Source: Candidatus Doudnabacteria bacterium
GTDB lineage: Bacteria; Patescibacteriota; Doudnabacteria; UBA920
Assembly (NCBI GenBank): GCA_020850635.1
Contig: JADZEH010000015.1
Coordinates: 1-62,976 of the forward strand
Direction: 5' to 3'
DNA: 62,976 nucleotides
The position numbers and the translations under genes are program-made. The notes under the pieces are model-generated. The model was not told the DNA's origin. It was given only the letters and a program-made list of their open reading frames with translations, and made no database searches. Below are positions 36,404 to 46,277 of the stretch, piece by piece; within the stretch, counting starts at the first letter, position 1, and each line of letters begins with the position of its first letter.

Positions 36404-37012
36404 GTGGACGAAAACAAAGAAACAAACTGGGGAGAAGAGGGTGAGCAAACCGCTCAGACAGTCGGTTCATTTATTTGGGAATTAGTACGAGTTTTTATCA
36501 TCGCCTTGGCGATAATCGTACCGCTTCGCATTTTTGTGGCCGAGCCATTTATCGTTTCTGGGTCATCAATGGTCCCAAATTATCACAATCGTGAGTATTT
36601 GATTATTGATAAGGTGTCGTATCGTTCACATGAGCCACAGCGTGGTGAAGTTATTGTGCTTCGTTACCCTAAAGACCCCTCACAATATTTCATAAAGCGT
36701 ATTATTGCATTGCCAGGGGAGACCGTTAAAGTTGATCAGGGCTCTGTCTATATTTACAATGAGACTAACCCCGCAGGTTTCAAGCTAGAAGAATCATATT
36801 TACCTAACGAAGGAATTACTTTTGGGTCAAACGAACCAGTAACACTTGCAGCTGATCAGTACTATGTCTTGGGTGATAATCGTTTAGCTAGTTCCGATTC
36901 CCGCGTCTGGGGAATTTTACCCGAAGAGGACATTATTGGAAAAGTTTGGGTTCGCGTATTTCCAATTACCAGTTTTGGTTTTTCAGAAAAGGCATCGTAT
37001 CCACAATCGTAG
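36404..37012 (+). CDS. lepB: Signal peptidase I
   Basis: SGSSMVPN (catalytic Ser) and GDNRLASSDSR boxes. GTG start with a GGAGA SD. Confidence 0.9.
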   Translation: MDENKETNWGEEGEQTAQTVGSFIWELVRVFIIALAIIVPLRIFVAEPFIVSGSSMVPNYHNREYLIIDKVSYRSHEPQRGEVIVLRYPKDPSQYFIKRIIALPGETVKVDQGSVYIYNETNPAGFKLEESYLPNEGITFGSNEPVTLAADQYYVLGDNRLASSDSRVWGILPEEDIIGKVWVRVFPITSFGFSEKASYPQS

Positions 37013-37042
37013 TTCTGTAATCGTTAGTAATTTCGCAAACCA

Positions 37043-38329
37043 ATGGGAAGACCAAAAAAGAATCCAGCACTTGCTGCCTCGAAGAATCATCCGATTATAG
37101 GTAACAAGTATATTTTGCCAGACACAAATCCGTTGTGGGCAACCATTTTAAAGCGCATTCAGAAAACTGCTCGCGTTTATGGTTTTAGCCGTGTTGAACT
37201 GCCGATTGTTGAAGACCCAAAGGTTTACGAACGTTTTGGTTCTGTAATCCCAGCCGTTTCAAATGCCGCAGTAACACTTAGTTTGGCTGAGGACACCACT
37301 GTGCAGTTGCGTTCATCGTTATTACCATCGGTGCTTCACGCTTATGCCTCGAGTAAGTTATATGATGAACCCCGTGTTTACAAATGGCTTTACATGGGCA
37401 ATGTGATGCAGGCTATTCCTGGTGGAGTTGAATCTCGATTCCAGTTTGGCTTTGAAGTTTTTGGGACATTTAGCCATTTGGCTGAAGCCCAAGTAATGGG
37501 CGCAGTGTGGCATTTGCTTAACAGTCTTGGTCTGGAAGAGGTCTCTCTTGAAATCAATATGATCGGTGAGGAAGATTGTCAGAAAACTTACCAAGGCATT
37601 TTGGCCGACTATTTAAAAACCAAGAAATTTTCTTTGTGCGATAACTGTAATGAAGAAATAGGGACTCGTCCGTTTAATGTATTACGTTGTACAAATGAAG
37701 ATTGTATAGAAGTGGTCGCCGAGGCCTCAACAATTTTAGATTACCTAGATCAAAACACTCACAAACATTTTACCAATGTCTTAGAAGCTCTCGATGAGTT
37801 GCAAGTTCCATATCAGCTTAACCCTTATTATGTTGGAAGTGAAGGTGCGAGCAAAACAAACTTCGTTGTGAAGTATAAAAAAGGGGAGACGATGGTTGTT
37901 GTTGGAGAAGGCGCTTATCATGATGCTGTTTTGGCTCAGTTTGCCAATAAGTCTGCCTCGAGCTTTGGGTTCTGTGCGAATCTAGAGACTTTATACGAAG
38001 CCATGGAAGCTTCCAACATTGAAATTATTCAAGAATACAGCACTGAAGTTTTCCTTGTGCCGTTAGGGGAGTTGGCAGCGAAAAAAAGTTTACGTTTGTT
38101 CCAAGATTTACTCACGGCTCACGTTTCAGTTTATGATCACTTTGGCGATGCCGGAGTAAAGAATCAACTTAAACAAGCTGAGAGTTATAAAGCCCCAATT
38201 GCTTTAATTATGGGTCAAAAAGAAGCTATGGACGAGATGGTTATCCTCCGTGATGTGAAATCTGGCATGCAAGAAGTCTTTTCCTATGATAAGATAGTTA
38301 TAGAAGTAAAAAAACGACTAGGTAAATAA
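37043..38329 (+). CDS. Histidyl-tRNA synthetase-like paralogue with degenerate catalytic motifs
   Basis: Class IIa core plus an anticodon-binding domain. Motif 2 is SRFQFGFEVFG (no RxxxFxQ) and motif 3 is GEGAYHD instead of GGGRYD. Has a Cys4 insert, CDNC...CTNEDC. Confidence 0.7.
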   Translation: MGRPKKNPALAASKNHPIIGNKYILPDTNPLWATILKRIQKTARVYGFSRVELPIVEDPKVYERFGSVIPAVSNAAVTLSLAEDTTVQLRSSLLPSVLHAYASSKLYDEPRVYKWLYMGNVMQAIPGGVESRFQFGFEVFGTFSHLAEAQVMGAVWHLLNSLGLEEVSLEINMIGEEDCQKTYQGILADYLKTKKFSLCDNCNEEIGTRPFNVLRCTNEDCIEVVAEASTILDYLDQNTHKHFTNVLEALDELQVPYQLNPYYVGSEGASKTNFVVKYKKGETMVVVGEGAYHDAVLAQFANKSASSFGFCANLETLYEAMEASNIEIIQEYSTEVFLVPLGELAAKKSLRLFQDLLTAHVSVYDHFGDAGVKNQLKQAESYKAPIALIMGQKEAMDEMVILRDVKSGMQEVFSYDKIVIEVKKRLGK

Positions 38330-38342
38330 TTTAGCCAAAACT

Positions 38343-38684
38343 ATGAACGTTGATGATTGTGTGTTTTGTAATATTGCTAACCACTCAATAAGTGGTGATA
38401 TTGTCACTGAGAATGACGAGCTTATTGTTCTTAAGGATATCTTACCCAAGGCTCCTGTTCATTTGCTGGTGTTACCAAAAGATCATATTCCTTCGGTGAA
38501 CGATATAAAGCCGGGACACGAGGCTTTGATGGGGCGCATGATTTTACTTGCTCAACAGATGGCTAAGCAACACGGGGTTGCCGATAGTGGGTATAAGTTG
38601 ATATTCAATGTTGGTAAAGAAGGTGGTCAGATGGTTAAGCACATGCATCTTCATTTACTTGGTGGTAAACAGTTGGCAGAATAG
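38343..38684 (+). CDS. HIT-family (histidine triad) nucleotide hydrolase
   Basis: HMHLHLLGG triad. Confidence 0.9.
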   Translation: MNVDDCVFCNIANHSISGDIVTENDELIVLKDILPKAPVHLLVLPKDHIPSVNDIKPGHEALMGRMILLAQQMAKQHGVADSGYKLIFNVGKEGGQMVKHMHLHLLGGKQLAE

Positions 38685-38857
38685 TTTAAAAATATTTCAA
38701 ACAGCGCTTTTCTTATGAAAAGCGCTGTTTTGTTAAGTTTGACCCAAAGGCCTAAATATAGTATAGTTATTACGAATTCTGAGAGTCTTGCACACACCCT
38801 TTATTCTAATTGTGTAAGTCATTGACCAGAGTATCTACAGAGAAAGAGGTGATAGTA

Positions 38858-39097
38858 ATGGTTGAAGTCAAACGAAAAGATAATGAATCATTTGAAAACC
38901 TACTCCGTCGTTTTAACCGCAAAGTTCAACAAAGCGGTGTTTTGATTCGTGCTCGTAAAACCCGATTCTTCGAACCCGGTAAAAGTCGTAATCTTCTCCG
39001 TAGTGCTGCTCAGCGTCGTTCTGAAATGAAAGAAGTTCGTGATGAACTTAAAAAGCTTGGTAAACCGGTAAAGAAAACAACTAAATTTAAGCGCTAA
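38858..39097 (+). CDS. rpsU: 30S ribosomal protein S21
   Basis: MVEVKRKDNESFENLLRRFNRKVQQSG. SD is GAGGTGA. Start moved to the ATG at 38858. Confidence 0.9.
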   Translation: MVEVKRKDNESFENLLRRFNRKVQQSGVLIRARKTRFFEPGKSRNLLRSAAQRRSEMKEVRDELKKLGKPVKKTTKFKR

Positions 39098-39534
39098 TGG
39101 TAACTTTAGAATCAATTGAGCAGGACTTAACTGCCAGTTTAAAAGCTCGAGATGCTGTTCGAACTGGTGTCCTCCGTGCACTAAAAACTCGTTTGCAAAA
39201 CGAACATATCGCACAGATGAAAGATCTGACTGAAGATCAGGTCACTGCTTTAATTCGCTCTGAAGTGAAGCGTCGCAAAGAAGCGGCCGAAGCGTTTAAG
39301 ACTGGTGGTCGTACTGAACTCGCAGACAAGGAAGAACAAGAAAGCGCGATTCTCGCAGAGTACTTACCAGCAGGTCCATCGGAACAAGATATACTAACTG
39401 AAGTTGAGAAAGTCATTGCAGACAACGGATTTACTTCCAAAGATTTTGGTCAGGCAATGGGAAAGCTCAAAGCCTCTCTGCCTAACGCAGATGGTGCCGA
39501 GCTTGCTCGCATATTAAAAGAAAAACTTACTTAA
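39097..39534 (+). CDS. GatB/YqeY-domain protein
   Basis: YqeY pattern (LKARD...LR...K......L...E...V...E.K.R.E). Classic rpsU neighbour. Confidence 0.85.
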   Translation: MVTLESIEQDLTASLKARDAVRTGVLRALKTRLQNEHIAQMKDLTEDQVTALIRSEVKRRKEAAEAFKTGGRTELADKEEQESAILAEYLPAGPSEQDILTEVEKVIADNGFTSKDFGQAMGKLKASLPNADGAELARILKEKLT

Positions 39535-39598
39535 GGAGTAAGGGGATTAGGGTGAAAATTTTTCACCCTTTACCTTTTAGCCCTTCGCAAAATACAAA

Positions 39599-40846
39599 AT
39601 GGCAAAAGAACAATACATAGTTGGATTAGATATAGGAACTCAAAATGTGCGCGCAATTCAAGCCAAGATCGACGAGACTGGCGAACTACGCGTGGTTGGT
39701 TCAAGTAGTGTCGCTGCGGGCGGAATGCGCAAAGGCGTCATTGTTGATATTGAAGAAGCTGTCTCGAGTATCTCTCATGCTTTGGAAAAAGTCGAGCGCA
39801 TGACCGGTGTACCAGTTAATCGTGCCAACATTTCGGTTGGTGGCAATCATATTACGGCGATTGAATCCAAAGGGGTGATTGCGGTGTCTAAAGCTGATGG
39901 TGAAATTACTGAGAACGATATCGTCCGTGTGGTTGATGCTTCACAAGCTATTTCGATGCCACCAAACCGTGAAGTCATTCACGTTATTCCTAAAAACTTT
40001 ACACTAGACGGCCAAGCGGGGATTAAAGATCCACTTGGTATGACCGGAATTCGTCTTGAAGTTGAAACTCTCATAATTCATGGCGGTCTTCCTTACTTAA
40101 AGAACTTAACTAAAGCTATCGCTCAAGCCGGGGTGGAGATTGATGAGTTAGTTTTGGCTCCCTTAGCTTGTGCTCAAGCTGTTTTAAACAAACGTCAAAA
40201 AGAGTTAGGTGTGGTTGTGGTAGATTTAGGTGCTGGAACAACAAGTCTTGCTGTTTACGAAGAAAATAATTTACTTCATGCCGCGATTATCCCAGTTGGT
40301 GGGATGCATGTCACTAACGATATTGCGATTGGTCTTCGCTGTACTGTCGACACCGCTGAAAAAGTAAAACTAATGTATGGCCATGCTTTGGCCAATCAAG
40401 TTGATCGTCATGCCGAAATTAATTTAGCTGAATTAGATCCAGATGAACAAGAGCGCATTCCCCAACATCAAGTGGTTGAGATTATGGAAGCGCGTCTGGA
40501 AGAGATTTTTGATTACGTTCATAGTGAGTTAAAGAAAATTAATCGCGACGGTAAGTTACCAGCTGGAGTTGTGTTAACGGGTGGAGGTAGTCACATGCCG
40601 GGGATTGTAGAATTTGCAAAAAAACAGTTGCGTTTACCGGTGCAGTTAGGAAGCGTCCAAAATCTTAACAGTATTATTGATGACGCGACCGATCCGAGTT
40701 TCGCTACAGTCTCTGGTTTGGTTTTGTGGGGAAGTAAGTACTCAACGCCAATGCCAGGTGGAGCACTGCTCAATAATGTTTCGAACTTGTTTGATCATCA
40801 AAGTGTGAATAAGCTCAAAAAGATTTTTAAGTCATTTTTACCCTAA
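39599..40846 (+). CDS. ftsA: Cell division protein FtsA
   Basis: Actin-like fold (VGLDIGT..., VVDLGAGTT). Sits upstream of ftsZ. Confidence 0.95.
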   Translation: MAKEQYIVGLDIGTQNVRAIQAKIDETGELRVVGSSSVAAGGMRKGVIVDIEEAVSSISHALEKVERMTGVPVNRANISVGGNHITAIESKGVIAVSKADGEITENDIVRVVDASQAISMPPNREVIHVIPKNFTLDGQAGIKDPLGMTGIRLEVETLIIHGGLPYLKNLTKAIAQAGVEIDELVLAPLACAQAVLNKRQKELGVVVVDLGAGTTSLAVYEENNLLHAAIIPVGGMHVTNDIAIGLRCTVDTAEKVKLMYGHALANQVDRHAEINLAELDPDEQERIPQHQVVEIMEARLEEIFDYVHSELKKINRDGKLPAGVVLTGGGSHMPGIVEFAKKQLRLPVQLGSVQNLNSIIDDATDPSFATVSGLVLWGSKYSTPMPGGALLNNVSNLFDHQSVNKLKKIFKSFLP

Positions 40847-41030
40847 ATAAGGGATAAACTTGACGGTCAGTCAGAGGTGCGGTAAGCTAAAAAACTGCAA
40901 TGTTATTCAGCTTTTCGGTACTGTTGCCGTGATGAGGTAAACCATGGTAGTATCAAAAAAGACCTGTCAAAACATCTATACTTTTGACAGAAAGTGAGTA
41001 AACCGAAACCGTTAACGTATAGTATTTTCG

Positions 41031-42206
41031 ATGAAAAAGAATCCTATGGAAGTTAAGCCAAAAATTGAAACCTTTGCTCGAATCAAAGTTTTGGGAATTG
41101 GTGGGTCTGGAACCAACGCCGTTAATCGCATGAGCGAGTTGGGTATTCGTGGTGTTGAGTTTATTGCCGTCAATACAGACGCTCAAGCTTTGCATAATAA
41201 TAGTGCTGACAAGAAAGTTCACATTGGTAAAGGAATTACCAAAGGTCTTGGTAGTGGAATGGATCCTGAACTAGGCCGCCAAGCTGCTGAAGAAAGCCAA
41301 GAAGAAATTGAAGAAGTTCTGTCCAACGCCGACATGGTGTTCATTACTTGTGGTCTTGGTGGTGGAACAGGAACTGGCGCTGCGCCAATCGTCGCTGAGC
41401 TTGCGAAGAACCGTGGCATTCTAACTATTGCTGTTGTAACTAAACCTTTCACTTTTGAAGGAAGCAAACGTAAAGAAACAGCGGAAGTTGGTTATGATAA
41501 TTTAAAAGATAAAGTTGACGCGATCATATCCATTCACAACGATCGCATTTTACAAATCATCGACAAGAAAACTTCTTTAGTCGATGCGTTTAAAACAGTT
41601 GATGAAGTCTTGCGCCAAGGTATCTCTGGTATTTCTGATTTAATTACGACTCACGGTATTGTTAACGCTGACTTCGCTGACGTTCGCACGATTATGCAAG
41701 ACGCTGGTACCGCTCTTATGGGTATTGGCCACGCCAGCGGTGAAAACCGTGCGGAAGAAGCTGCTAAGGCTGCTATCAATTCTCCTTTGCTAGAAATGAA
41801 TATTGATGGTGCTAAAGGTGTGTTGTTTAACATCACTGGTGGTTCTGAACTTGGTATGTTTGAAATCGACGCTGCCGCTAGAGTTATTACAAAATCTATC
41901 GATCCTGAAGCTAAAGTTAAATTCGGTGCGGTTATTGATGAAGAGATGGGCGAGGAAGTTCGCATTACAGTTATCGCTACAGGTTTTGATGAATCCAATC
42001 GTCGGATTAGTTCTCCGGTAATGACCTTGCCAGCAGAGGAGCCTCGTAAGCCAATGCCAGTCACTCCAGTTGAGCCTCCTGTGGTTGAAGTCCGCAAGCC
42101 GCTCTTTAGCCCTAAGCCGGTTGATCCTGTTCCTCAGCAAGCTGACGATATGAACAGCGACGATGAGCTGGATATTCCTGCTTTCATTCGAAAGAAGATA
42201 AAATAG
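41031..42206 (+). CDS. ftsZ: Cell division protein FtsZ
   Basis: GGGTGTGAAP tubulin signature and the C-terminal DIPAFIRKK peptide. Confidence 0.98.
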   Translation: MKKNPMEVKPKIETFARIKVLGIGGSGTNAVNRMSELGIRGVEFIAVNTDAQALHNNSADKKVHIGKGITKGLGSGMDPELGRQAAEESQEEIEEVLSNADMVFITCGLGGGTGTGAAPIVAELAKNRGILTIAVVTKPFTFEGSKRKETAEVGYDNLKDKVDAIISIHNDRILQIIDKKTSLVDAFKTVDEVLRQGISGISDLITTHGIVNADFADVRTIMQDAGTALMGIGHASGENRAEEAAKAAINSPLLEMNIDGAKGVLFNITGGSELGMFEIDAAARVITKSIDPEAKVKFGAVIDEEMGEEVRITVIATGFDESNRRISSPVMTLPAEEPRKPMPVTPVEPPVVEVRKPLFSPKPVDPVPQQADDMNSDDELDIPAFIRKKIK

Positions 42207-42213
42207 AATTTCC

Positions 42214-42238
42214 AAAGCGCCAGAAATGGCGCTTTTTT
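42214..42238 (+). terminator. Intrinsic terminator
   Basis: AAAGCGCC-agaaa-TGGCGCTTTTTT. Confidence 0.8.
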
Positions 42239-42336
42239 GATATCCAAACTGCCTACTCCTTGAGCTAAGACTTGTTACTGTGGATAAGCTTTGGGATAAT
42301 CATTGAATCTTAAGGTTTTCGTGATTTTTCCTTGGT

Positions 42337-42384
42337 TCACTAGATGTGGTATGCTGATTAGGCGTAAGATACTAGATATAGTAT
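42337..42384 (+). promoter_or_regulatory. Tandem NrdR boxes upstream of nrdR-nrdJ
   Basis: tcaCTAgATgTgGtat (42337-42352) and ataCTAgATATAGtat (42369-42384) match 11/16 and 13/16 of the consensus acaCwAtATaTwGtgt. They are 32 bp apart, start to start. Confidence 0.65.
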
Positions 42385-42418
42385 CGAGCAGATCAGAAAT
42401 AAAAACCACTTAAATAAG

Positions 42419-42865
42419 ATGAATTGCCCTAATTGTAGTACCAGCGATACTAAGGTTTTAGATTCGAGACCTACAGAAGAGGGAAACGCGATACGCCGCA
42501 GACGCGAGTGCGATAAATGCGGTTTTCGTTTCTCTACTTACGAGGAAATTGAAATTCTTGGTTTGAGCGTTATAAAGCGTGATGGCACAAAGCAGGCCTA
42601 CATTCGTGACAAGCTCGAGGCAGGCATCAGAAAGCCATTTGAGAAGCTAGAATACGACTCAGCAGCGATTAGAAAGATAGTCTCGAGTGTGGAGCAGGAG
42701 ATTCAGAAGAAAGCCCGTGACAACTGCATTACTAGTCGGGAGATTGGGGACATTGTCATGAAGCAGATTAAGAAGACTGACAAAGTCGCATATATCCGTT
42801 TCGCTTGTGTCTACCGCGCATTCGAAGACGTCGAGGAATTCAAGCTCGAACTTCAGAAATTATAA
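42419..42865 (+). CDS. nrdR: Transcriptional repressor NrdR
   Basis: N-terminal Zn ribbon CPNC...CDKC plus an ATP-cone. Confidence 0.95.
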   Translation: MNCPNCSTSDTKVLDSRPTEEGNAIRRRRECDKCGFRFSTYEEIEILGLSVIKRDGTKQAYIRDKLEAGIRKPFEKLEYDSAAIRKIVSSVEQEIQKKARDNCITSREIGDIVMKQIKKTDKVAYIRFACVYRAFEDVEEFKLELQKL

Positions 42866-42885
42866 AGTAACAAACAAAAAACGAT

Positions 42886-45537
42886 ATGAATAATGAGAAC
42901 TTACAAACCAGAACCACCAACGCTTTATCGGAATTAGGTGAAAAAATCTTTTTAGACCGCTATGCCATTAAGGATGCCAAGAAAGAGACCCTAGCTATCG
43001 GGGATAAGGTTGTGGTTTGTGTGAATTTAAAAACTGGCCAACGTGAAATTGGTAGCTTAACAGAAATTGATGAAGCCGAGAAAAAAGTTACAGTTCAGCT
43101 TCGCGATGGTACTTCAGAGGTTCATGCCATCGAACATGTCGACAAGCCTTTAGAGACTGTGCCTGAACAAATGTTTGAACGTATCGCTCGTCATATCGCG
43201 AGCGTGGAAAAAACTTCTGAGCTCCAGCAGGAATGGGAAGGGAAGTTTCGTCGGTTAATGGACGATTGGCAGTACGTTCCCGCTGGTCGTATCTTTACTG
43301 GTGCTGGAACCGGACAGAATCTAACTTTTTATAATTGTTACGTTATTCCAAATCCAAAAGATAGCCGTGGTGGTATTTTTGAAACTCTAAGCCAGATGGC
43401 CGAGATTATGTCTCGTGGTGGTGGTGTTGGTATTAATGTCTCGACGCTTCGTCCACGCTACGCTTACGTTAAAGGTGTGAATGGTCGCAGCTCTGGTGCG
43501 GTGTCTTGGGCATCTTTGTACAGTTTCGTTACTGGTTTAATCGAGCAAGGTGGTAGCCGCCGTGGTGCTTTGATGCTGATTTTAAATGCCTGGCACCCTG
43601 ATGTTTTAGATTTTATTAATTCCAAGCGTGAAGCCGGTCGGATTACTAACGCTAATATTTCCGTTGGTATTACCGATGATTTTATGGCGGCAGTTAAAGC
43701 CGATGCCGATTGGGATTTAATCTTCCCTGATCCAGCTGATCCGATGTATTCCGAAAAGTGGGATGGTAACATGACGACTTGGAAAAAACTCGGTGGTAAA
43801 GTTATCAAGCACAAAACCGTTAAAGCCAAAGAGATTTGGAACAGCATTATTGAATCAGCCTGGACTTCCGCTGAACCAGGAATGTATTTTATCGATCGCG
43901 CGAATCATTATTCTAATTCTTGGTATTACGCCGATTTACCATGTACCAATCCTTGCGGTGAACAGCCACTTCCAGCCTGGGGAGTGTGTAACCTTGGTCA
44001 CGTTAACTTAGCCAAGCACTTAATTGCGGATCAAAAAGAAGTTGACTGGAACAAACTTAAAACTACAGTGCAGTACGCCGTTCGTTTTCAGGATAACGTT
44101 ATAGACGCAACCCCATACTTCTTTGATGAGAACTATAAACAGCAAATGTCTGAACGCCGTGTTGGTATGGGAACCATTGGACTTGCGGAAATGCTTATTC
44201 GTTTAGGTTTGCGTTACGGTAGCCCTGAAGCTGTGTCATTTATCGACAAACTCTATCAGTTCATCGCGGTGACATCTTACGAAACAAGTATTGAGTTAGC
44301 TCGCGAAAAAGGTGCGTTCGCTCAATTCGATGCCGAAAAGTTTTTACAAAGCGGTTACATGAAGAACATGCCGAACTATATTCGCGATTTAGTCGCAAAG
44401 TATGGGATTCGCAATGTCACGATTATGACTCAAGCGCCAACTGGAACGATTGGCACCATGGTTGGAACCTCAACCGGTATTGAACCGTTCTTCTCGTGGA
44501 CATACTTTAGAAAATCTCGTTTAGGCGTCCATGAAGAGAAAATAAAGATTGCTCAAGAATGGCTTGATGCAAATCCTGGTCAAGAACTTCCAGAATACTT
44601 TGTGACAGCCATGTCACTTACTCCGGAAGAGCATGTTCGCGTGCAAGCTGCAGTTCAACGCTGGACTGATTCGGCAATTTCCAAAACGGTTAACGCTCCA
44701 GAAAATTACACGATTGAACAAACTGCCAAACTCTATGAGATGATGTACGAACTTGGTTGTAAGGGCGGGACGATTTATCGTGATGGTAGTCGTGATGAAC
44801 AGATTCTTGCTACCGACAGTAAGAAGCTTGGAAAAGATGTTCAAGAACAAATGACCGCGATGGCCGAAGCTAAGCAAGTTCAGGTTAGTGAACAAGCTCC
44901 AGAGGTTATGTCTGTTAGTGGTGGCAATATTCAATTCAAAATTATTGCCCGTGAACGTCCACAAGTCATGCATGGCTCCACTTACAAATTGAACACCGCT
45001 TACGGTCATTTGTATGTCACGATCAATGAAGATGAGCATGGTCCATTTGAAGTCTTTGCTTCCTTGGGTAAAGCTGGTGGATTCTTCTCAGCCCAAACAG
45101 AAGCGATTACACGTATGATTAGCTTGGCTCTTCGTTCGAACATTGCGATTGAAGAAGTTTTAAGCCAACTCAAAGGAATTCGTGGTCCAGATGTCTCGTT
45201 TGCTGATGGAGAAGTTATTCATTCCTTACCAGACGCCATCGGAAAAGTTTTAGAAAAGCATTTAAAGCGTGGTGAACAGCAATTACAACTCCCACGAACC
45301 AAACAAGAAGAAAAAGCAGCTGCTGCAGCGATGGATTACGAAGGTGAAGGTGTGGCTGAAAAAGTTATAGTTGCCACTGTTGCTGAAACTTCTGATGGAA
45401 TGTTTCAAAAGAAAGCTTCAAAGTTATCCATTGCCAATTTAGGAAGTGCTCCAGTGTGCCCTTCCTGTTCCAACATGTTGATCATGGCTGAAGGCTGTAT
45501 GAACTGTCCCGCTTGTGGTTACTCGAAATGTGGCTAA
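42886..45537 (+). CDS. nrdJ: Adenosylcobalamin-dependent (class II) ribonucleotide reductase
   Basis: Single long chain with the TNPCGEQ active-site loop and a C-terminal Cys-rich tail (CPSC...CMNCPACGYSKCG). Confidence 0.9.
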   Translation: MNNENLQTRTTNALSELGEKIFLDRYAIKDAKKETLAIGDKVVVCVNLKTGQREIGSLTEIDEAEKKVTVQLRDGTSEVHAIEHVDKPLETVPEQMFERIARHIASVEKTSELQQEWEGKFRRLMDDWQYVPAGRIFTGAGTGQNLTFYNCYVIPNPKDSRGGIFETLSQMAEIMSRGGGVGINVSTLRPRYAYVKGVNGRSSGAVSWASLYSFVTGLIEQGGSRRGALMLILNAWHPDVLDFINSKREAGRITNANISVGITDDFMAAVKADADWDLIFPDPADPMYSEKWDGNMTTWKKLGGKVIKHKTVKAKEIWNSIIESAWTSAEPGMYFIDRANHYSNSWYYADLPCTNPCGEQPLPAWGVCNLGHVNLAKHLIADQKEVDWNKLKTTVQYAVRFQDNVIDATPYFFDENYKQQMSERRVGMGTIGLAEMLIRLGLRYGSPEAVSFIDKLYQFIAVTSYETSIELAREKGAFAQFDAEKFLQSGYMKNMPNYIRDLVAKYGIRNVTIMTQAPTGTIGTMVGTSTGIEPFFSWTYFRKSRLGVHEEKIKIAQEWLDANPGQELPEYFVTAMSLTPEEHVRVQAAVQRWTDSAISKTVNAPENYTIEQTAKLYEMMYELGCKGGTIYRDGSRDEQILATDSKKLGKDVQEQMTAMAEAKQVQVSEQAPEVMSVSGGNIQFKIIARERPQVMHGSTYKLNTAYGHLYVTINEDEHGPFEVFASLGKAGGFFSAQTEAITRMISLALRSNIAIEEVLSQLKGIRGPDVSFADGEVIHSLPDAIGKVLEKHLKRGEQQLQLPRTKQEEKAAAAAMDYEGEGVAEKVIVATVAETSDGMFQKKASKLSIANLGSAPVCPSCSNMLIMAEGCMNCPACGYSKCG

Positions 45538-45570
45538 ATAATTGTTGAAACAATACTTTACTTGAATATT

Positions 45571-45597
45571 AAAGGCCTCCTATCTCGGAGGCTTTTA
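45571..45597 (+). terminator. Intrinsic terminator of nrdJ
   Basis: GCCTCC-tatctc-GGAGGC followed by TTTT. Confidence 0.7.
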
Positions 45598-45603
45598 TGG
45601 CAT

Positions 45604-45643
45604 AAAAAAATCCGCGAGGAGAGCTGGGTTGCTCTCCGCGCGG
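45604..45643 (-). terminator. Intrinsic terminator of cassette F
   Basis: Minus strand reads CCGCGCGGAGAGC-aaccca-GCTCTCCTCGCGG followed by ATTTTTTT. Confidence 0.8.
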
Positions 45644-45667
45644 GGGTGCGTCGCTTGGCCCTTGGAG

Positions 45668-45943
45668 TTAGGCCTTTTCTTTGACTACACGCTTGGTGGT
45701 GATTCCGAAGCGCTTGTCGCCGCATCGGATCATGACGGGAACGACTTCGTTGTTGATTTTAACTCGTTTTGTGAATGACGTGTCTTTGTTGATCCCTGAG
45801 TTGGGAACGAAGAAGACCAGAAAAGCTTCTCCAGAGGGCTTGCTGACCTCAAGGCTAGACGGGCCCTTGTAACCGTTCCTGATCCTTGTTTCGAGTTCTC
45901 CTCGACGTCTTCGAAGCATTTCTGCGAGTTCTTCACTTTTCAT
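45668..45943 (-). CDS. Hypothetical basic protein, 91 aa (cassette F, distal gene)
   Basis: ATG preceded by GGAGGTGA. Overlaps the upstream ORF by 11 nt. G/C-ending codons. Confidence 0.6.
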   Translation of the reverse strand: MKSEELAEMLRRRRGELETRIRNGYKGPSSLEVSKPSGEAFLVFFVPNSGINKDTSFTKRVKINNEVVPVMIRCGDKRFGITTKRVVKEKA

Positions 45944-46277
45944 GAGTCATCACCTCCGCTGGTCCAGTGAAAACCTCGGCCAATTCCTTGCTCTGGGTCT
46001 CGTAGAACGTGACCAGAGCCCGATTGATCTCGGTCAAGCTGGGTACGAGATCATCTCCTGGCATCGAAAGCCAGCACTTTTCAATCTGCCGGTTGATGAT
46101 CTTGATGAGGTCGTTGTCCGCTCCGAGGTCGATGAGGTCGTAGATCATCTCGTGAACTTTCTTGACCTGTTCCTTGATTGTTTCAGTGCTCGGTACACCG
46201 CGCGCAAGAATATGCGCGGTTTGTCGTGTGAACTCATTGAGCTTGCCGAGCATCTCAATCTTTTCTCTGTCGTCCAT
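45933..46277 (-). CDS. Hypothetical helical acidic protein, 114 aa (cassette F, proximal gene)
   Basis: AAGGAGG lies 7 nt upstream of the ATG. G/C-ending codons. No family recognised. Confidence 0.6.
   Translation of the reverse strand: MDDREKIEMLGKLNEFTRQTAHILARGVPSTETIKEQVKKVHEMIYDLIDLGADNDLIKIINRQIEKCWLSMPGDDLVPSLTEINRALVTFYETQSKELAEVFTGPAEVMTHEK

Noticed and set aside
41219-42215. Several 82-148-aa ORFs antisense or out of frame within ftsZ
   Set aside because: They are embedded in the unambiguous FtsZ reading frame. Their composition is driven by Gly/Ala/Thr codons of the true frame.
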